A DNA stretch of 64,000 nucleotides, from the NCBI GenBank assembly GCA_963668625.2, contig CAXXKA010000001.1, forward strand, positions 256,001-320,000, given 5' to 3'. Under the pieces are notes generated by a model. The model saw nothing but the letters and a program-made list of their open reading frames with translations, searched no databases and was not told the origin of the DNA. Position numbers and translations under genes: made by a program. This stretch comes from an uncultured candidate division Zixibacteria bacterium (GTDB lineage Bacteria > Zixibacteria > MSB-5A5 > UBA10806 > 4484-95). This document shows positions 18,617-28,783 of the stretch, piece after piece (positions within the stretch are counted from its first letter, which is position 1; every line of letters starts with the position of its first letter).

Positions 18617-20221
18617 ATGATCAGAATATTAAATACCAAGCGCTTGGCGAACAGTAAAGGTTCTATACTCGTCTTCTCAGTTATCATATCGATCGCCACG
18701 GTTGCCCTGGGGATGGCCTATCTTCAGCAAGTCGAGCATCAGAGACGCCAGATATCGTTTGATATATTAAAATCACAGGCAATTCTGGCGGCACATGCAG
18801 CTATGGTTCGAGGTCAGGTTATTCATACTAATTCGCATAGAGATTACATGGAAGCGATGACCGAGTTTTATGGTGAAGACGGTATCTACTCGATAGAGTA
18901 TAGATACATCGCTAAAACCGGGGAAGTGGATTTGTTTGGTTACGGCGCTAATTCGAATTACTCTATTTATGGCGAAAGCAGCGTGAGCAGCGCTGATTTT
19001 GGCGGTGTGTCGTTTGACGAAACGGTATGGCATGACATGACCAAGCGTTCGTACGCTAACTGGCTTTATATTTCAGATAGAGAAACTCAATCATACAGGC
19101 CGCCTGGTTATGATATAATCACATTTTGGGGGCCGGATACTCTTGACGGTAAAGTACACTCGAACGATATGATTCATTTTGCCAGTGGTGGCGGTGGTTA
19201 TTGGCCCGTGTTCGAAAAAGAGGTTACCAGTTGTTCCTCAAGATTCGACCCCGAGGACGCCCCTGATGATGTTCATTTCAATGGCGGGTATCAGCTAAAT
19301 TATGTTTATTTCCCATTTCCGATTACTGCCGATTCGGTAAGGCGATATAACTGGTATTCGAATCCGAATCTTGGTGTTCCTGCGGCGCAACAAAGTTCCA
19401 AGGTTACCGAGATCGTTCTTCAGCCCAATTATTTTTTATGTCGTCATAGGAATATCTCCGCGGGTTCACGTAACCTCCATCATTTTGGCGTTAGCAACGG
19501 CCCTAATGAGTATGAAACCAGTTTAGTTCTTGCCGATGGTAATCCTTATTACACTTATACTTACCCACCGAACGGCGCCTTATTCATCGATGGTGAATTA
19601 TGGTTGGTTGGGCCGAATGGAGCAAACCATTTTAATTGCGGTAGTTCAGGCGAAGATGCGTATTATATTAATGGATTCAATAACCGCCTGACCATTGGCG
19701 CCTCCGGTGATATTATTATCGCCCAGGATGTGGTATACCGTGATTTCCTGGATGGCCCTGATTCAATGCTTTCCAATACAACTGCGGCTCTGGGATTGAT
19801 TTCCGAAAAGCATATCCTTGTATGGCGAAATGCACCGAGTTACGTTAAAATCACGGCCGGATTGGGAGCTATAGGTTATAATGTCGAGGAAGATTCATCA
19901 ATACACCGGTGGGATGCCAGGTGCCTGAACGAACCCGGCTTGATTCCCATCAATGGTGTGAATGGCACTATCTCCATTGATGCTATCAACTGTTACGGTT
20001 GGAATAATGAAAAGCAGGAACTGCTTATTTACGGATGCTTGATTCAGCGCGAACGCGGATTGGTTCATACCAATTACCATGAAGGCCTCCGAGGATATAT
20101 CTCTAAAGCTTACAAATACGATAACAGGTTTGTGCTCAACCCTCCGCCTCATTTCTTCGAGATTCAATCTATCGGTAATTATTACAGCGAAAAAGAGGAT
20201 GACTGGGGGGGGAGATACTAA
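18617..20221 (+). CDS. large PilX-like minor pilin (DUF4900-like)
   Basis: KG|SILV leader lacking Glu5; DGKVHSN, LGLIS and Y.YD.RF...PPPHF motifs. Confidence 0.72.
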   Translation: MIRILNTKRLANSKGSILVFSVIISIATVALGMAYLQQVEHQRRQISFDILKSQAILAAHAAMVRGQVIHTNSHRDYMEAMTEFYGEDGIYSIEYRYIAKTGEVDLFGYGANSNYSIYGESSVSSADFGGVSFDETVWHDMTKRSYANWLYISDRETQSYRPPGYDIITFWGPDTLDGKVHSNDMIHFASGGGGYWPVFEKEVTSCSSRFDPEDAPDDVHFNGGYQLNYVYFPFPITADSVRRYNWYSNPNLGVPAAQQSSKVTEIVLQPNYFLCRHRNISAGSRNLHHFGVSNGPNEYETSLVLADGNPYYTYTYPPNGALFIDGELWLVGPNGANHFNCGSSGEDAYYINGFNNRLTIGASGDIIIAQDVVYRDFLDGPDSMLSNTTAALGLISEKHILVWRNAPSYVKITAGLGAIGYNVEEDSSIHRWDARCLNEPGLIPINGVNGTISIDAINCYGWNNEKQELLIYGCLIQRERGLVHTNYHEGLRGYISKAYKYDNRFVLNPPPHFFEIQSIGNYYSEKEDDWGGRY

Positions 20222-20277
20222 AGCGATTTAGTAAATAAATGTTTAATGTTAATAAATAGAATAGCTGAAAGGTTAAT

Positions 20278-21327
20278 ATGGCAAGATCGGTTGTAGGCCT
20301 GGATATTGGGAGCTTTGCCATAAAGTTGGTAGAACTTGAGAACGAGGGGGGTAGATACAAGGTCAAAAATTTCTACATCAGGGATCTTTATGGGCCCGGT
20401 GAGGAATATGACAATGAAGGCCCCGGTGTCAGCAGGCTCGAGAAGGCGTTGAAAGAGACATTCGGCTCGACCAAACTCAATCCCCGCCGTTTAAAATATC
20501 TGAATCTGGGTTTAGGCGGCCCCTCCGTTTCGGTTAAACAGATTAAATCAATCTCGTTATCACCCGAGGAAATGGAATCATCGCTCGTGTTCGAGGCCAG
20601 GAAGCATCTGCCCCTGGATGAATCGGATGCAATTATCGACTCCCAGATTCTTCGCGGTGACATGGAATCGCAGGATATGGATATCTTACTGGTAGCCACC
20701 ACCAAGAAGGTTTTCGACAATCAACTAACCCTTCTGAAAAGCGTGGGAGCGAAACCTAATATCCTGGACGCCGAGGTGTTGGCGCTGGTTAACAGCTATC
20801 TGGTCACTCAGGGATCGTTAATTGGTGATGACGCGTTGGTCTTTTTGAATATCGGCGCCAAATATACGACAATTACTATCGTGGGTGAGAATAGCATGAT
20901 ATTCTCCCGTGATATCACCTGGGCCGGAATCAATTTCACCGAGGATATCAAAACCAAAATGAAAGTAGATTACGAGGAAGCCGAGGTGATAAAGCGCGAA
21001 AGAGGTATGGGCGCTATGATAGGTTCGGATGACGGTTCGACTGGTATTCGTGTCGCCCGCCGTATGGCCAGTGATCAACTGGTGGATGAGATTCGCCGGT
21101 CTATTCGCTATTATACCAAGGAAACAGGTGTGCGCGAGTTCCAGAAGGTACTTCTTTGCGGAGGTACGGCGGTATTGCCGAATCTGAACTCTCACCTGGC
21201 TCAATCGCTGAGCATGACAGTTGAAATTTACAATCCGTTTAATGGCATGATTACCCCGCCCGGCCTGGATGACCAGGTTGGAACTCGTCTGGCAGTAGCC
21301 TGCGGGCTGGCGATGAGGGAGGATTAA
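20278..21327 (+). CDS. pilM: type IV pilus assembly protein PilM
   Basis: VGLDIGSFAIKLV actin-like N-terminus; LCGG; VACGLA.R. Confidence 0.93.
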   Translation: MARSVVGLDIGSFAIKLVELENEGGRYKVKNFYIRDLYGPGEEYDNEGPGVSRLEKALKETFGSTKLNPRRLKYLNLGLGGPSVSVKQIKSISLSPEEMESSLVFEARKHLPLDESDAIIDSQILRGDMESQDMDILLVATTKKVFDNQLTLLKSVGAKPNILDAEVLALVNSYLVTQGSLIGDDALVFLNIGAKYTTITIVGENSMIFSRDITWAGINFTEDIKTKMKVDYEEAEVIKRERGMGAMIGSDDGSTGIRVARRMASDQLVDEIRRSIRYYTKETGVREFQKVLLCGGTAVLPNLNSHLAQSLSMTVEIYNPFNGMITPPGLDDQVGTRLAVACGLAMRED

Positions 21328-21328
21328 G

Positions 21329-21904
21329 ATGACTAATGTGAAGTACAAAATAAATCTTAATAAAGCCTCCAATCGCCTCGATCAATTCGAGCAGGCACAG
21401 GTACGCAGACGGATTGTCGCGTTCGGGCTTTTCTTCTTCTTACTCGTTGCCGTAACCGGTGTGGCTGTGTATTTCTCCTTGACTACGGAGAAACGAATTC
21501 AAGCTTACGAGGATGAGGTTGCCCAAATAGACTCCGAAATCGAGGCGCTTACCGCCTCCTCGCAATACCTTTCACCTCAGGATATTTTCGCCCTGGCCGA
21601 GCTGGCAAACAATCGCTTGACCTGGACGGAAAAATTCAATGTGCTGGGTAAAATATTACCTCCGGATGTTACGATTACCGAATTGTACTATGATGAGGGA
21701 TTTAACGTATTAAGAATCAAGGGTATTTCTAAGGTAAAGGCCAATACCCGCGACCTCGATCTGGTGGTTTCGATAATTAACTTGATTGAAAAAGACGATG
21801 ATTTTGCCAAAGATTTCATGGATATCAGATTCTCCTCATCGACTCGGATTAAATTCCGGGAGCAGGAATTGATAGAGTTTGAAATCGAATGCTTGGTGGG
21901 TTGA
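21329..21904 (+). CDS. pilN: PilN-like assembly protein
   Basis: KINL motif, TM, coiled coil, LPPDV.I; follows pilM. Confidence 0.8.
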   Translation: MTNVKYKINLNKASNRLDQFEQAQVRRRIVAFGLFFFLLVAVTGVAVYFSLTTEKRIQAYEDEVAQIDSEIEALTASSQYLSPQDIFALAELANNRLTWTEKFNVLGKILPPDVTITELYYDEGFNVLRIKGISKVKANTRDLDLVVSIINLIEKDDDFAKDFMDIRFSSSTRIKFREQELIEFEIECLVG

Positions 21905-21911
21905 GGTAGTT

Positions 21912-22517
21912 ATGAAGAAAAATTTGATAATCGCAATCGTACTTCTGGCCTACCTGGGAGGATTCTATTATTACTATAATCAGGTAATAGAACCTCAGCC
22001 CCGGAAGTTAAACGAACTTCGTGATAAATTGGCCGAAAAAAGACGTCAGCATTTATCGGCTCAGATCATCTCGAAGAACTTGGAAAATGTCAATATTCTA
22101 CTGGAGAATAACCTGGTCGAAAATATAAGCGATTCCCTGGCCCAGGCCGCCAGCATTCCTTTTTTGAATTATCTGACGGGTTTGATGGATGATCTGGGTA
22201 TAGTGCTTATTTCGATGAGACCCTCAACGATCTCGAGATGGGATGAGTACACGGAGGGTAATCCTATCGACCAGGAATACATTGAAATACCATATAACAT
22301 GCAGATACTGGCCAGCTATAAACAGCTCGGCAAGTTTCTGGAAAATCTGGAGCGTTCGCCCCGGTTGATCAAAGTGGCGCGTGTTCAGATTCTCAATCCC
22401 AGGGATTTCGCGTTTTACGATGGTGAGGTCAGTGGCCGACCGGATCAGCATAAGATTAACCTGATAGTCCATACAATGACAATATTGAAAGCGAGTTTTA
22501 AAGGTGGATCAAAATAG
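21912..22517 (+). CDS. pilO: PilO-like assembly protein
   Basis: TM plus coiled coil; YIEIP...SY.QLGKFL..LE..PRLI; GAGG before the ATG at 21912. Confidence 0.82.
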   Translation: MKKNLIIAIVLLAYLGGFYYYYNQVIEPQPRKLNELRDKLAEKRRQHLSAQIISKNLENVNILLENNLVENISDSLAQAASIPFLNYLTGLMDDLGIVLISMRPSTISRWDEYTEGNPIDQEYIEIPYNMQILASYKQLGKFLENLERSPRLIKVARVQILNPRDFAFYDGEVSGRPDQHKINLIVHTMTILKASFKGGSK

Positions 22518-23055
22518 TTTAATCAAGGCTATAGCTTTTGTCCTGGGAGTAGGCCTGGTGCTCATGTTAAGCTGGGGTACATACAAATCGATCACGGTTT
22601 CACGAACTGATTTCAGCAATGTGGAAACCGTCGAAACACTCGATTCGGATGTTGCCCTGGCGGCGAAAATCGATTCGCTCGAGGCCAACTGGGAACGTCG
22701 CAGCCGGTACCATTTCAATGTGGATCAGGATCCTTTGTACCTCGGTAGAACTGTAATAGGATTTACCTATGGCACCGTTGGGTTCAAAGAGTTCGATGAG
22801 GGGGGAACACCCCGACTGTCCGCGACAATGGCCGTAGCGAACGAAAAGCCAATGGCCATTATCAAGTATATGGGTAAAAGCCATGTTTTACGTACTGGAG
22901 ATACATTCGGCGATGGCTACAAAGTTGTGGATATACGTCGCCAGAAAGTTGTTGTTAGCAAAAACGGTAAATCAATCACCTTGCATAACCAACCTATAGG
23001 CGGCCCTATTCTTGAGCAGGACCTGCAAGGGACATATCATTCGACTGAATGGTAA
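22504..23055 (+). CDS. PilP/GspC-like periplasmic assembly protein
   Basis: lies between pilO and the secretin; DPL...AII...GDTF...V.DI beta-domain pattern. Confidence 0.6.
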   Translation: MDQNSLIKAIAFVLGVGLVLMLSWGTYKSITVSRTDFSNVETVETLDSDVALAAKIDSLEANWERRSRYHFNVDQDPLYLGRTVIGFTYGTVGFKEFDEGGTPRLSATMAVANEKPMAIIKYMGKSHVLRTGDTFGDGYKVVDIRRQKVVVSKNGKSITLHNQPIGGPILEQDLQGTYHSTEW

Positions 23056-23082
23056 TAATTTAGTATTTAGCGGGAGGATGTT

Positions 23083-24582
23083 TTGAAAAGACTACTGCGG
23101 ATGGGTTTTATTGCCTGTTTGGTTTTCACGGCAATGACAATCGGCGCCGGTCAACTGATCGCACAGACTAATTCGGAAATGACGAATTCACCAACAATGA
23201 AAGAGGGGCTGACACAAAATATTACGTTGGATGCCGATGATGCGTTTTTGCCTGCTGTTCTGACGGTTCTGGCTCAGAAGTCCGGCTTCAATATTGTCAC
23301 GGGCCCCGGCGTAAATAAGCAGGAACGTATCTCCGTTCATATCAAAGATACGCCAATCGAGGAAGCTATTAACCTGGTGGTAAGGGCGGCCGGATTATCC
23401 TACGAGATAATAGGTAATTCTTTTCTTGTCGCCGAGGCCAGCGCTTTAGAGCAGCAGGTAGGCCTGACAGCTCATGTGTACGACCTTCAATACGCTAATG
23501 CCACGGAGGTCAAAGAGCTGTTAACGGACTTAACCGAGAATGTTCAGGTCGATACCTCGGGCAATAGAATCCTGGTTTTATCATCACCAAAAATAGCATC
23601 CGAAATTCAGGATATAATTCAGAGAATCGATATCGCCCCGATGCAGATTATGCTCGAGGCCAGACTCATCGAGGTTGCAACCGAAGATCTGGACGAGTAC
23701 GGTATCGACTGGGAGAAGCTCTCATACCTCACTACCATATTAGCCGAGTCGCCGTTGAACGATGATGGCTCGAGCCGGGCGCCAACCGAGGTTGATTTCG
23801 GCGGTAACCTGCCGGAACTCGATAATCTTCCCGAAAGATATACTTTCGAGAAAATCGAGGGTTTCGATAATATAGCTAATTTCTCCAGGCAGTTAAACGC
23901 GTTCGATATAACGCTCGATTTCCTGGTAAAAAATAATAAAGCCAAGATTCTGGCTCATTCCAAGTTAACCACGGTTAATAATCGCGCGGCAAATATTCTT
24001 ATCGGTGAAACTCTTCGTTGGGCCGTAGTTTCCGAGCGAAATGCTATTGTCGAGACCGAGGAAGTCGGTATTCGTCTGGAGATAACTCCTACGATTAACT
24101 CCGGCGGTTATATCACGACTAAGGTCAATCCCGAGGTTTCATCGATTACCGAATTGGTACAGGGCATTTATCCCCGTAAAAAAATTCGTACCGCCAGCAC
24201 TACCGTACTGGTTAAGGACGGACAGAAAATATTCATCGGTGGTTTGCTTTCGGTTGATGATTCCAAGACGGAATTTAAAATGCCGTTATTCTCGGAGATT
24301 CCGCTTATCGGCAGGTTGTTTACTCACACCGAGTATACGACCCGCAAAACGGATCTTATTATCGAGATCACGCCCCGTATACTCGAGCGTGGTATAAATT
24401 ATACCGATGCCAGTAATTTCACCAGTGATGGTTATCAGATTCAGGGCGAAGGTTCGGTTACCGATTACAAAGCGATCGAACCGGATATCGAGGACCTGGA
24501 TAAATCGGCAAGAAATTTTAAAGATGAAATAAAAGAATTCCAGGATAGAGCGATTACTCCTAAAAGTGAAAAACAAGAGTAA
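23083..24582 (+). CDS. pilQ: secretin (PilQ/GspD family), short form
   Basis: QIMLEARLIEV, GIDW, GIRLEITPTIN, IFIGGL, IPLIGRLF, LIIEITPRI. Confidence 0.9.
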   Translation: MKRLLRMGFIACLVFTAMTIGAGQLIAQTNSEMTNSPTMKEGLTQNITLDADDAFLPAVLTVLAQKSGFNIVTGPGVNKQERISVHIKDTPIEEAINLVVRAAGLSYEIIGNSFLVAEASALEQQVGLTAHVYDLQYANATEVKELLTDLTENVQVDTSGNRILVLSSPKIASEIQDIIQRIDIAPMQIMLEARLIEVATEDLDEYGIDWEKLSYLTTILAESPLNDDGSSRAPTEVDFGGNLPELDNLPERYTFEKIEGFDNIANFSRQLNAFDITLDFLVKNNKAKILAHSKLTTVNNRAANILIGETLRWAVVSERNAIVETEEVGIRLEITPTINSGGYITTKVNPEVSSITELVQGIYPRKKIRTASTTVLVKDGQKIFIGGLLSVDDSKTEFKMPLFSEIPLIGRLFTHTEYTTRKTDLIIEITPRILERGINYTDASNFTSDGYQIQGEGSVTDYKAIEPDIEDLDKSARNFKDEIKEFQDRAITPKSEKQE

Positions 24583-24596
24583 TTAGAGGAGGTCTT

Positions 24597-27032
24597 ATGT
24601 CCCCGGGCAGGAAATTAATATTTGGAATAAGCATCGTATGCTTGTTCGCGTTATTCGCGATGTCGATATTTTCGGCATGCGATAACCGTAAGTCAATAAA
24701 TCCGCAAGTTAGTGGTACTCAAAACTTGACTATGTCACTCTCGCCCAGAAGCCTGGTAGTCCATTCGGAGACTACTCCCGACACGATCGAAATCGATGTC
24801 AGGGTTCGTAATACCGAGGGTGTCGGTATCGATAGTATTGCAGTGGATTTAACCAGGCAGCCTGAGATCGGCACTATCGTGGCCCCGGAGTTGACCTCTA
24901 ATGGCGGCCACATCAACGCCCTGTTTATAACCGATCCCGGCGCCGACCAGGAAGAAATGGTCGTCTTCACCGCAACCTCGGGTACCGATTCGGAAATTGA
25001 CACGCTTAGCATGGCCTATGCTTTCCCGACGGTTTCGATGAGTATCTTGCCGCCCGAACTGATTGTCCACTCCCTGAACAAATCGGATACTATTTATCTC
25101 GAGGTCAGGGTGAGGGATGCCGATGGTAACGGTATCGATAGCGTTGAGGTTACAATGTCAAGACAACCCGAACTCGGCACTATCATCGTTGACGAGGTTA
25201 CCACCGAGGGCGGTCTCGCCTCGGGTTACTATATTACCGATCCGGGTATTTCATCCGACACCGCAATTTATATCTCGGCTACAGCCGGTAACATGGTCGA
25301 TCTTGATACTCTTAATATCCTGGTATCGCTCCAGGGCGAGATCGACACCATGAATATCTCGCTCGGAAAAACCTCCTTGCTGGCTGATGGCGCAGATAAT
25401 ACTACGATTTACGTGTCAGTAATCGATACGACCGGTGTTCCTATCAGTGATGGAACTAAAGTCACGATTAAAAAATATGGAGCTTTATACGGCGGTCAAC
25501 TGGATTCATCGACTACTCAAACCGAAAATGGATTAGCGACATTCGTTTTAACGGCGCCGTCGATAATCGATTCCTCGGTTATTATCGAGGTTGAAACGAT
25601 TCTCGCCTATGCTACCAGTGAATCTGGAGCCGTTAAAGAGGCTCTCGCCACGATAACATATTTGCCGGGAAACCCGGTGGTACTCGATATTACCTCCAAT
25701 CCTGTCGATATGGTGGCCGGTTCAGGCACGTATCAGACTATAAGTTGTACGGTTTATGACGCTAATGGTAATTTCGTTAGAAATGGCACTCAGATAAGAT
25801 ATCAGAACCAACTTGCCTCATCTGATATAACGGCTTTGACAACTACCGAGAATGGAGCTGCTGAAGCGGTATATACGGTTGGCACCGAGGCCGGTTTCGA
25901 CGAGATAAGAGCGTTTTATAACAAGCCCGGATCGACCGATACGTTGTGGTCGGATGCGGTGTCCGTACATATTGCCTCCTCATTCCCGACGAACATTGCT
26001 CTAACTACTACCAATCCTGAGATAGAGGTTGGTGGTAATGCTACTATCGTTAAAGCGACCATGCAGGATGAAAACGGTAATCCATTAAGTGAGGGTTATG
26101 AGATCAGGTTCGAAATCACAGCCGCTCCTTCTATGATAGTTCATCCCAACAGCCCCTCATTCAGGTATGTCCCGACCGTAGATTCGGTTTGCCTCGAGAC
26201 TACGGAGATGACCAACGTGAATGGTGTAGCTTCAGTAACGATGTTCTCGGGTAATAGAGCAGGCACGGTTAGAATTAAAGCCACCTCAGTGGATGATGAA
26301 AATATCTTTAAGGAGAAACCTCTAATTACCATTCAATCCGGCCCTCCGTATATTATTGATATCTATCAATCCAATATTGCCGAGGCCGTAGAGGAGGCTA
26401 TCGTAACAGGTATTACGGCCGCGATCTGGGATTCGTTCACTAACCCGGTCGAGCCCAAAACTGCCGTCTGGTTCGGTTTAATTCCCGATTCGATCGGCTA
26501 TATCTACGGATTCGCTTATACCGGCGGTTATCAGGATGAGGAAGACACCACTATAATAATCGGTATTCCCGGTCAGGCAAGCACATGGATGTCTTACGGT
26601 TGTACGCATACATTCGATACGGTACGCGTAGTTGCCAACGCCGGTGAATTATATGACACCAGCGGAGCGATCGTGTTGGCATTGTACGATGGCGAGATAT
26701 CTCTCGACGCCAATCCAGGCGTGCTGTATGTCGCATTAGACCAAACTGAATGTTCAGATATTACTGCTCTGCTCCAGGATGGCTTAGGATGTCCAATTCA
26801 TAACGGCGTGATTCTATTTTCAGCCAGTGGTTGCGGATATATCGACGGCCAATCGATAGACACGACTGATTCGGATGGCTATGCTTATACGGAATTTTGT
26901 ATCGACTACAATCAGATTCCAGAACGCGAACCTCCGTTGCCTCCGGCCTGTGACGGTAGAGTTATAGCCAAACTGAGAGGTTATTCGGACGTTGAAGCTG
27001 AAGTCATTATTTTCTGTACTGTTGATGATTGA
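24597..27032 (+). CDS. lipoprotein with tandem Ig-like (invasin/Big_1-type) repeats
   Basis: lipobox FSAC; repeated V.D..G..(I/V).G and T..NG.A units; two closely similar N-terminal repeats ending ITDPG. Confidence 0.78.
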   Translation: MSPGRKLIFGISIVCLFALFAMSIFSACDNRKSINPQVSGTQNLTMSLSPRSLVVHSETTPDTIEIDVRVRNTEGVGIDSIAVDLTRQPEIGTIVAPELTSNGGHINALFITDPGADQEEMVVFTATSGTDSEIDTLSMAYAFPTVSMSILPPELIVHSLNKSDTIYLEVRVRDADGNGIDSVEVTMSRQPELGTIIVDEVTTEGGLASGYYITDPGISSDTAIYISATAGNMVDLDTLNILVSLQGEIDTMNISLGKTSLLADGADNTTIYVSVIDTTGVPISDGTKVTIKKYGALYGGQLDSSTTQTENGLATFVLTAPSIIDSSVIIEVETILAYATSESGAVKEALATITYLPGNPVVLDITSNPVDMVAGSGTYQTISCTVYDANGNFVRNGTQIRYQNQLASSDITALTTTENGAAEAVYTVGTEAGFDEIRAFYNKPGSTDTLWSDAVSVHIASSFPTNIALTTTNPEIEVGGNATIVKATMQDENGNPLSEGYEIRFEITAAPSMIVHPNSPSFRYVPTVDSVCLETTEMTNVNGVASVTMFSGNRAGTVRIKATSVDDENIFKEKPLITIQSGPPYIIDIYQSNIAEAVEEAIVTGITAAIWDSFTNPVEPKTAVWFGLIPDSIGYIYGFAYTGGYQDEEDTTIIIGIPGQASTWMSYGCTHTFDTVRVVANAGELYDTSGAIVLALYDGEISLDANPGVLYVALDQTECSDITALLQDGLGCPIHNGVILFSASGCGYIDGQSIDTTDSDGYAYTEFCIDYNQIPEREPPLPPACDGRVIAKLRGYSDVEAEVIIFCTVDD

Positions 27033-27051
27033 GGAAGGAAGTAAATTGTAA

Positions 27052-28758
27052 ATGCAGTTGCTTGGCGAAATACTTATTAGAGAAAACATCATTTCTGAAA
27101 AAGATGTAGAAACTGCTTTAAAAAAACAAGCCGATTACGGCGGTAAAAGACTGGGAGAGGTATTAATCGCCGAGGGTTTTATAACCGATGAGAACCTCGC
27201 GAAAGCTCTTTCCGAACAATTGTTAATTCCTCTTATAGGTCCCGAGGACCTGATAAAGATAGGTAAAGAATCGTTAGAGTATATTCCCGAGTTTTTCGCT
27301 AGGGAATATCACTGTATCCCGAGGGAGGTCGAAAACGGCGGTATTGAGGTCGTGATGGTTGATCCCGAGGATATAGTCGTAATAGACAATATCCGCAAGA
27401 TAACCTCCCTGGATGTTATCCCGGTAATAGGCGCCCAGAGTGTTATCGATGAGGCTATCGAACGCCATTACAAAGAGCTTCGGACTACCGGCGAGGTTAC
27501 CGACGCTCTTTCCGAAATGGATTTCATCGTGGCCGGCGAGGATGGGGAGATCGATGATATCGATGTCAACGACCTCAAAAAGCAGCTCGATGAAGCGCCG
27601 ATCGTTAAACTCGTTAACCTGGTAATTTCCGAGGCGATTAAAGTAAGGGCTACCGATATTCATATCGAGCCGCTGTTCGATTCGCTGCTGGTAAGGTTTC
27701 GTATTGACGGCGCTCTACAGGATATCATGACCGCTCCTTTGAAATCCGCTCACGGTGTTATCTCCAGGATCAAAGTTATGGCCAGCCTGAATATTGCCGA
27801 AAGGCGCTTGCCCCAGGATGGCCGTATATCGATCAAGATGCCCGATAAAGAAGTCGATATCAGGGTATCGATCATACCGACTGTGAGAGGCGAAAAAGTA
27901 GTGCTTCGTCTTCTGGATAAAAAAGGCTTTGCTTTTACTTTGCCTTCTCTGGGTTTCGAAGCTGAGATGCTGGATATCTTCCGTAAGTGGATCATGAAAC
28001 CCTACGGCATGGTTATAGTATCCGGCCCGACCGGTAGTGGTAAATCGACCACTCTTCACGCCGCCTTGAAAGAGGTACAGCGCGAGGAAGATAATATCGT
28101 AACCGTTGAGGACCCTGTTGAGTACCAGATCGACAGGATCAGCCAGATAGCTACGAAAGAGGATATCGGTCTGACCTTCGGCGCGTCGCTTCGTTCGATT
28201 CTCCGTCAGGATCCGGATAAAGTGCTGATAGGTGAGATTCGTGACCAGGAGACTGCCGATATCGCGATTAAGTTCGCCCTGACAGGTCACCTGGTGTTCA
28301 CTACTCTTCACGCCAATGATTCACCATCGACGATAACCAGGCTTCTGGATATCGGCGTGCCGCGTTACCTGGTGGGTTCGACCCTGAATCTTATCATGTC
28401 GCAGAGGCTGTTAAGAACCCTGTGTTCGGCCTGTAAAGAGGAGTACGAACCATCCGATGAGGAACTGGCGAAAATCGAGTTGGATCGCTCGCGAATAGCC
28501 GGTAAGAAAATATACCGTCCCAAGGGCTGTGTACGTTGCCGTAAAACCGGTTACTACGGTCGTACGGGTTTATTCGAGCTTTTGGAGGTCAAACTACCCA
28601 TCCGCAAATTGATTTTCGAGGGTAAGGACCAGGATGATATCAGGTTTGCCGCTAAAGAGCAGGGCATGGTTACCCTTCGCGATGCCGGTATACTTAAGGT
28701 GTTATCCGGGTTAACCTCCATTGAGGAAGTGGCCAGAACCACGGTTGAAGATGATTAG
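27052..28758 (+). CDS. pilB: type IV pilus assembly ATPase PilB (GspE family), copy 1
   Basis: MshEN-like LLGEILI / RLGEVLI repeats; ATDIHIEP, RLPQDGR, GPTGSGKSTT, CxxC pairs. Confidence 0.92.
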   Translation: MQLLGEILIRENIISEKDVETALKKQADYGGKRLGEVLIAEGFITDENLAKALSEQLLIPLIGPEDLIKIGKESLEYIPEFFAREYHCIPREVENGGIEVVMVDPEDIVVIDNIRKITSLDVIPVIGAQSVIDEAIERHYKELRTTGEVTDALSEMDFIVAGEDGEIDDIDVNDLKKQLDEAPIVKLVNLVISEAIKVRATDIHIEPLFDSLLVRFRIDGALQDIMTAPLKSAHGVISRIKVMASLNIAERRLPQDGRISIKMPDKEVDIRVSIIPTVRGEKVVLRLLDKKGFAFTLPSLGFEAEMLDIFRKWIMKPYGMVIVSGPTGSGKSTTLHAALKEVQREEDNIVTVEDPVEYQIDRISQIATKEDIGLTFGASLRSILRQDPDKVLIGEIRDQETADIAIKFALTGHLVFTTLHANDSPSTITRLLDIGVPRYLVGSTLNLIMSQRLLRTLCSACKEEYEPSDEELAKIELDRSRIAGKKIYRPKGCVRCRKTGYYGRTGLFELLEVKLPIRKLIFEGKDQDDIRFAAKEQGMVTLRDAGILKVLSGLTSIEEVARTTVEDD

Positions 28759-28783
28759 TAATTAACAAACTAGCAGGTTACAA

